Assembly (NCBI GenBank): GCA_002269645.1
Contig: NIVC01000890.1
Coordinates: forward strand, 124,001-188,000
Source of the DNA: Macrostomum lignano
Taxonomy: Eukaryota
Direction of reading: 5' to 3'
Length of the DNA stretch: 64,000 nt
Made by a program: the position numbers and the translations under genes. Positions 47,674-56,600 of this stretch are shown here, in pieces (the stretch's first letter is position 1; the number at the start of each line of letters is the position of its first letter). The notes under the pieces were generated by a model, which saw only the letters and a list, made by a program, of their open reading frames with translations, did no database searches and was not told where the DNA came from.

Positions 47674-50600
47674 GTGAGTTGTTTGGTTGGTGCCGATATG
47701 TATCGAAATTATAGTTTTTATTTTGTCGTCTTAATAAATTTAAAGAATTACCGATATGTATCAAAATATTTTTTATCATTCGTCGCTTTAATAAATATGA
47801 ATAATAGCCTATATGTATCGAAATAACTGTTTACATTTGGTCTTCTTAAAAATTATGAACAATTGCCGATATGTATCGAAGTATTTTTTGATATTTTGTC
47901 GTCTTAAAAGTATAAATAATAGTCGATAAGTATCGAAATAATTGTTTCTACTTTGTCTTCTTTAAAGGTATGAAAATTGCCGATATGTATCGAAATTATT
48001 GTTTCTATTTTGTCGTCCTAATTAGTATGAATAGTAGCCGATATGTATCGAAATATTTTTTGAGATCAAAGATTTTACAGTAGGCTTGTACATTTGCTCA
48101 GCCGATATGTATTGAAATTATCATTTTATTTTACTTTATTGCCAGGGCTGCCTACCAACGCTGCCAGTTCCGCCAGTGAAGAAGACGGTGGATCGCTACC
48201 TGCTTAGCATGGAGCCGCTGCTTAGCGAATCTGAGATGGCCGAGACTCGAGCTCTGGCCCGAGATTTCTTAGCCAAAGAGTCTTGGAAATTGCAATTCTA
48301 TTTAAAACTGAAGTACTACTGGACTAATAACTACGTTAGCGACTGGTGGGAGGAGTTCGTCTACCTGTACAGTCGCGACCCCATCATGGTGAACTCCAAC
48401 TACTATGGGGTTGATGCCGTGCTCCTTAACCCGTCTAATGTTCAGGTGAGCCAAGGTTGTTTGTAATTGTTGATGATTTTTAGTAAAAATTGCTCATTGA
48501 GTAGTTAAGGGAATTCCAAGTTGAGCAGGTTAGCGAATTCCCAGTTGAGTAGGTTAGCGAATTCCCAGTTGAGTAGATTAGCGAATTCCCAGTTGAGTAG
48601 GTTAGCGAATTCCCAGTTGAGTAGATTAGCGAATTCCCAGTTGAGTAGGTTAGCGAATTCCCAGTTGAGTAGGTTAGCGAATTCCCAGTTGAGCAGGTTA
48701 ACTAGTTCCCCCTCCAACGCAGGTGGCCCGCGCGGCAAACATGGCCTGGGGCTTCTTGCGCTACTGGCGCAACATCAGCAGGCAGACAATGCAGCCACTC
48801 ATGGTGCAGAACCTTGTGCCTCTGTGCAGCTGGCAGTACGAGAGACAGTTCGCCACCACTAGGATTCCTGGTGAGTTATTTTGCTTTGAGTTGCCTCCTC
48901 TAATCTTGCCGCTTCATTTAATCTTACCGCCTCCTTTGATCTTACCGCTTCCTTTGATCTTACCGCTTCCTTTGATCTTCACCGCCTCCTTTGATTTTAC
49001 CGCTTCCTTTGATCTTCACCGCCTCCTTTGATCTTACCGCTTTCTTTGATCTTCACCGCCTCCTTTGATCTTACCGCTTTCTTTGATCTTCACCGCCTCC
49101 TTTGATCTTACCGCTTCCTTTGATCTTCACCGCCTCCTTTGATCTTACCGCTTCCTTTGATCTTCACCGCCTCCTTTGATCTTACCGCTTCCTTTGATCT
49201 TACCGCCTCCTTTGATATTACCGCCTCCTTTAATATTACCGCCTCCTTTGATCTTACCGCTTCCTTTGCTCTTACCGCCTCCTTTGATCTTACCGCCTCC
49301 TTTGATCTTACCGAAGCCAATTGTTTCTTTGGCGGGTGACTTGGGACCTAGGAATGGGTAGCCTCATCAGACGGTGGTTGCCGTATGGGTTGCTGCTGTC
49401 AGCTTGGCGAGAGAATTTGCGAGCTTATTGCCCAGGATATTGCTGTGACCGATTGTCCAGGTAATTCTAATCCTGTTAAGGACTGAGAGAGATTGCACAG
49501 AGCATTGAGACACAGTTGCAGTGGAAATTTTTTCCGCGATTAAGGCTTTGATAGCGACTTGGCTATCAGTTTAAACATAAATATTGAATTTCTTAATGTT
49601 CGCCGGGATCAGGTGCTGGGCGCACTGCTCAATAGCGCAGATTTCGGCTTGGAAAACCGAGGTGTTCTCACCCAGGTGCAGACTTTCCTGAAAGAGCATC
49701 TTATCCTCGTTAGTGGAAGATGGCAGGCAATACCCGCCCCAGAGCAGCCGTTAAAGATCAAGCCCTCAGTGAAGCAGTGGATGCGCCCTGGTTAACATGA
49801 TCATCCTACGGGGTTCTGTCTCGAACAGGGATAGGGTGGTGGGGTGGCTATTCACAACGCCCGGGTTGATGTGAACGTTACAAAGGTCGCTATGGACGAA
49901 ATCCGTATGCAGGATTAAAGTTTTCTTCAGCATAAAGCCAGAGGGTGTATTATTTTTTGTTTTAATCACCGACAAGTTTGGAGAAGAATTTCATAGCCTC
50001 TGCCCGAACTGATAAAATTTATTAAGCAGATTTAAGATAGTATATACAGCCTCTCAAAAGGGGGTTGGTGGGTAAGCAACAGCAATGGCGTGACAGATGC
50101 TGCTTCATTTCATCTTACCGCCGTCTTTGATCTTACCACCTTTAATATTACCGTTCTCTTTTATCTTACCGCCGTCTTTGATCTTACCACCTCCTTTAAT
50201 ATTACCGTTCTCTTTTATCTTACCGCCGTCTTTGATCTTACCACCTCCTTTAATATTACCGTTCTCTTTTATCTTACCGCCGTCTTTGATCTTACCACCT
50301 TTAATATTACCGTTCTCTTTTATCTTACCGCCGTCTTTGATCTTACCACCTTTAATATTACCGTTCTCTTTTATCTTACCGCCGTCTTTGATCTTACCAC
50401 CTCCTTTTATATTACCGTTCTCTTTTATCTTACCGCCGTCTTTGATCTTACCACCTCCTTTTATATTACCGTTCTCTTTTATCTTACCGCCGTCTTTGAT
50501 CATGCGGCCTCATTTGATATTACCGCTTAACTTGAACTTACCGGCTCTTTGATCTTGTCGCCAGTAACCCTCCACTAACCCACGCTAATTTCTCATCGAC

Positions 50601-53600
50601 CCAAAGGCGAGGAGCGCGACTACCTGATGCACCTGAACGACACGCGGCACATTGCCGTGTTCCACTCTGGCCGATTCTACAAGGTGTACTTCCACTACGG
50701 CAACCGCTGGCTGGAGCCGTGCGAGCTGGAGGCGCAGTTCCAGCGCATCGTTGACGACAAGTCGCCGCCTGCGCCAGGCGAGGCGGAGCTGGCGGCCCTA
50801 ACGGCAGGCGAGCGGAAGGTCTGGGCTCGAGCCCGCAAAGACTTCTTTAGGCGAGGCGTCAACAAGACCAGTCTGGACGCTGTGGAGCGGGCGGCGTTCG
50901 TCCTTGTGCTGGACGATGAAGAGGCCGACTACGATCCCAAGGACGACTCGAAGCTGGACCACTTCGCCAAGAGCCTGTTGCATGGCAACGGGCGGAACCG
51001 CTGGTTCGACAAGTCCTTCTCGCTGATCGTGTTCGCCAATGGACGGGTAAGCGCTTAGTTACCAAGTTGGGTTCATTACTGACCTATCCTTGACCCACAT
51101 CTGACCAGCTGTTACTGACCTATCCTTGACCCACAACTGACCAGCTGTTACTGACATATCCTTGACCCACATCTGACCAGCTGTTACTGACCTATCCTTG
51201 ACCCACATCTGACCAGCTGTTACTGACCTATCCTTGACCCACATCTGACCAGCTGTTACTGACCTATCCTTGACCCACATCTGACCAGCTGTTACTGACC
51301 TATCCTTGACCCACATCTGACCAGCTGTTACTGACCTATCCTTGACCCACATCTGACCTGTTACTGAACTATCCTTGACCCACATCTGACCAGCTGTTAC
51401 TGATCTATCCTTGACCCACATCTGACCAGCTGTTTCTGACCTATCATTGACCCACATCTGACCAGCTGTTACTGACCTATCCTTGACCCACATCTGACCA
51501 GCTGTTACTGACATATCCTTGACCCACATCTGACCAGCTGTTACTGACCTATCCTTGACCCACATCTGACCAGCTGTTACTGACCTATCCTTGACCCACA
51601 TCTGACCAGCTGTTACTGACCTATCCTTGACCCACATCTGACCAGCTGTTACTGACATATCCTTGACCCACATCTGACCAGCTGTTACTGACCTATCCTT
51701 GACCCACATCTGACCAGCTGTTACTGACCTATCCTTGACCCACATCTGACCAGCTGTTACTGACCTATCCTTGACCCACATCTGACCAGCTGTTACTGAC
51801 CTATCCTTGACCCACATCTGACCAGCTGTTACTGACCTATCCTTGACCCACATCTGACCAGCTGTTTCTGACCTATCATTGACCCACATCTGATCAGCTG
51901 TTTCTGACCTATCCTTGACCCACATCTGACAGCTGTTACTGACATATCCTTGACCCACATCTGACCTGTTACTGAACTATCCTTGACCCACATCTGACCA
52001 GCTGTTACTGACCTATCCTTGACCCACATCTGACCAGCTGTTACTGACCTATCCTTGACCCACATCTGACCAGCTGTTACTGACCTATCCTTGACCCACA
52101 TCTGACCAGCTGTTACTGACCTATCCTTGACCCACATCTGACCAGCTGTTTCTGACCTATCATTGACCCACGTCTGACCAGCTGTTACTTACCTATCCTT
52201 GACCCACGTCTGACCAGCTGTTAATGACCTATCCTTGACCCACAAATGACATGTCTCTTACCTATCCTTGCCAAACATCCAACCTGTTATGGTCTTCTCT
52301 TGCATTGAAAATGTAAGCCATCTAGCTAGTGCTATGGAGAATTTGCAGTAATAAACTAATAAAGCTTTGATACAATATATACTGCTCAAGCTAAATAAAT
52401 GAATAAAATAAAAAACTTCTCCCTTAAGAGAATTAAAACAAAAACCACCCATTAATCCCAATCTGTATTGAATTATTGAAATATTTACTTATATAGAATT
52501 TTTCACTTTTTATTTAGGAATTCAAAAATTCCTTCCAAGACAAAATTCAATGCTTAGCTTCAATGCTCCCCCATACACGATTTTGGCCATAGACAATCGT
52601 CAAAGCATGGGCTGAATATGGTTAGCCGTGTCTTAAATTCCATGCTCTCCCCATACACGATTTTGGCCATAGACAATCGCCAAAGCATGGGCTGAATATG
52701 GTTGGCCGTGTCTTAAATTCAATGCTCTCCTCATACACGATTTTGGCCATAGACAATCGTCAAAGCATGGGCTGAATATGGTTAGCCGTGTCTTAAATTC
52801 CATGCTCTCCCCATACACGATTTTGGCCATAGACAATCGCCAAAGCATGGGCTGAATATGGTTAGCCGTGTCTTAAATTCAATGCTCTCCCCATACACGA
52901 TTTTGGCCATAGACAATCGCCAAAGCATGGGCTGAATATGGTTGGCCGTGTCCTAATTCAATGCTCTCCCTATACACGATTTTGGCCATAGACAATCGCC
53001 AAAGCATGGGCTGAATATGGTTGGCCGTGTCTTAAATTCAATGCTCTCCTCATACACGATTTTGGCCATAGACAATCGCCAAAGCATGGGCTGAATATGG
53101 TTGGCCGTGTCCTAATTCAATGCTCTCCCTATACACGATTTTGGCCATAGACAATCGCCAAAGCATGCGCTGAATATGGTTAGCCGTGTCTTAAATTCAA
53201 TGCTCTCCCCATACACGATTTTGGCCATAGACAATCGCCAAAGCATGGGCTGAATATGGTTGGCCGTGTCTTAAATTCAATGCTCTCCCCATACACGGTT
53301 TTGGCCATAGACAATCGCCAAAGCATGCGCTGAATATGGTTAGCCGTGTCTTAAATTCAATGCTCTCCCTATACACGGTTTTGGCCATAGACAATCGTCA
53401 AAGCATGGGCTGAATATGGTTAGCCGTGTCTTAAATTCAATGCTCTCCCCATACACGGTTTTGGCCATAGACAATCGTCAAAGCATGGGCTGAATATGGT
53501 TAGCCGTGTCTTAAATTCAATGCTCTCCCCATACACGGTTTTGGCCATATACAATCGTCAAAGCATGCGCTGAATATGGTTAGCCGTGTCTTAAATTCAA

Positions 53601-56600
53601 TGCTCTCCCCATACACGATTTTGGCCATAGACAATCGCCAAAGCATGGGCTGAATATGGTTGGCCGTGTCCTAATTCAATGCTCTCCCTATACACGATTT
53701 TGGCCATAGACAATCGCCAAAGCATGGGCTGAATATGGTTGGCCGTGTCTTAAATTCAATGCTCTCCTCATACACGATTTTGGCCATAGACAATCGCCAA
53801 AGCATGGGCTGAATATGGTTGGCCGTGTCTTAAATTCAATGCTCTCCCCATACACGGTTTTGGCCATAGACAATCGCCAAAGCATGCGCTGAATATGGTT
53901 AGCCGTGTCTTAAATTCAATGCTCTCCCTATACACGGTTTTGGCCATAGACAATCGTCAAAGCATGGGCTGAATATGGTTAGCCGTGTCTTAAATTCAAT
54001 GCTCTCCCTATACACGGTTTTGGCCATAGACAATCGTCAAAGCATGGGCTGAATATGGTTAGCCGTGTCTTAAATTCAATGCTCTCCCCATACACGATTT
54101 TGGCCATAGACAATCGCCAAAGCATGCGCTGAATATGGTTGGCCGTGTCTTAAATTCAATGCTCTCCCCATACACGGTTTTGGCCATAGACAATCGTCAA
54201 AGCATGGGCTGAATATGGTTAGCCGTGTCTTAAATTCAATGCTCTCCCCATACACGGTTTTGGCCATAGACAATCGTCAAAGCATGCGCTGAATATGGTT
54301 AGCCGTGTCTTAAATTCAATGCTCTCCTCATACACGATTTTGGCCATAGACAATCGCCAAAGCATGGGCTGAATATGGTTGGCCGTGTCTTAAATTCAAT
54401 GCTCTCCCCATACACGGTTTTGGCCATAGACAATCGCCAAAGCATGCGCTGAATATGGTTAGCCGTGTCTTAAATTCAATGCTCTCCCTATACACGGTTT
54501 TGGCCATAGACAATCGTCAAAGCATGGGCTGAATATGGTTAGCCGTGTCTTAAATTCAATGCTCTCCCTATACACGGTTTTGGCCATAGACAATCGTCAA
54601 AGCATGGGCTGAATATGGTTAGCCGTGTCTTAAATTCAATGCTCTCCCCATACACGATTTTGGCCATAGACAATCGCCAAAGCATGCGCTGAATATGGTT
54701 GGCCGTGTCTTAAATTCAATGCTCTCCCTATACACGGTTTTGGCCATAGACAATCGTCAAAGCATGCGTTGAGTATGGTTTGCGCAGTCTGAAATTGAAT
54801 GTTCAAAATCGACCCAACAAATTGCTTTAAATGCATCACAAATACACAAAAACACATATCGAGATTAGGTTCGAGTGTTTAAAAGATTAATATTGTTCCA
54901 GGAACACATTCAGAAATCTCTTTCATTTCCAAAAGCGTTTTCTCTTCCTAATTTTCTACGAGCTCGTATTATAATTGTTTCTTTTCAAATAATTGCTTTT
55001 CTTAGAAGTGTCGTGTTTTTAAAATTGATTAAAAACTGATAAAATAATAGATTTGTTTTCTTATTATCTTTCCAGGTTGGCGTCAACTGCGAGCACAGCT
55101 GGTAAGTTGGCTGTTATTTAGTCCAATAATTTAAATTAATTTCATCATTTTATATCACTAGTATAGTGTCACGTGGTTTACCCTTCACTGTTCAGGGCCG
55201 ACGCTCCCGTGATGTCGCAGATGTGGGAAGCCGTTGTGTTCAACTACGATATTGTCGAAGATTGGTAAGGATTTTTTAATTTTTTTCCGGAGTTCTGTTT
55301 TTTTATTAGCTGACAATTCGACAAATCACAAGTGACAGATTTGACTTTGTTGTCTATGGCCGCGAGTGCAGTATCAATGGTCTCTTGGCCATAGACATTC
55401 TCAGCGAGCAGTCTGCGTTTCAAGGCAGCCAAGACTGTCGATGGTGGTCTGGCGCGGCGCTCTGATGTGCCAGCGGCCCAAGCTCGATTCCAAGTGCAGT
55501 CACATTAATTTGAGGCTTGGCTCTGATCGTGCATTAACAGTCTTGAGGGCCAAGCCCCAAGGCACAGTGAAGTGTACATGCCTAACGATAAATAAAGTCA
55601 GGGCCGCTGTACACTCCTGTGTGAGTGTGTGCCTGTGCGTCTGACTGCGCACGTATCCGCGCGCTTGTGTGCCTGCTCAGGGGAGTCGGCGGAATGGGCA
55701 GCAATGCCTCTCGCCGGTTGTGTGACAATGTCGCTTATTAAAGTGCGCCAGGGTGCACACAACCCCCTGTCCCTAATAAATATAAAAGCCAATCATATGG
55801 ATGGAATTGAATAGATTGCTAATCTAGCCAATTCTATAAATGATGGTATTAAAGATTTGCTAATCTAGCTAATTATATGAATCAGGCTACGGAGGACATG
55901 ATATGGGGTACATACCAGTGTTTCCCCCCCCCCACCTTGTGACCCGTTGTGGTGGTAATCAATAATTTTTCTTCAGAGCGCCAAAATGAGTGCCTGCGGT
56001 GCTAAAATAAGTGCCTGCGGTGCTAAAATGAGTGCCTGCGGCGCTAAAATGAGTGCCTGCGGTGCTAAAATGAGTGCCTGCGGTGCTAAAATGAGTGCCT
56101 GCGGTGCTAAAATGAGTGCCTGCGGTGCTAAAATGAGTGCCTGCGGTGCTAAAATGAGTGCCTGCGGTGCTAAAATGAGTGCCTGCGGTGCTAAAATGAG
56201 TGCCTGAGGCGCTAAAATGAGTGCCTGCGGTGCTAAAATGAGTGCCTGCGGTGCTAAAATGAGTGCCTGAGGCGCTAAAATGAGTGCCTGCGGTGCTAAA
56301 ATGAGTGCCTGCGGTGCTAAAATGAGTGCCTGCGGTGCTAAAATGAGTGCCTGCGGTGCTAAAATAAGTGCCTGCGGTGCTAAAATGAGTGCCTGCGGTG
56401 CTAAAATGAGTGCCTGAGGCGCTAAAATGAGTGCCTGCGGTGCTAAAATGAGTGCCTGCGGTGCTAAAATGAGTGCCTGCGGTGCTAAAATGAGTGCCTG
56501 CGGTGCTAAAATAAGTGCCTGCGGTGCTAAAATGAGTGCCTGCGGTGCTAAAATAAGTGCCTGCGGTGCTAAAATGAGTGCCTGCGGTGCTAAAATGAGT

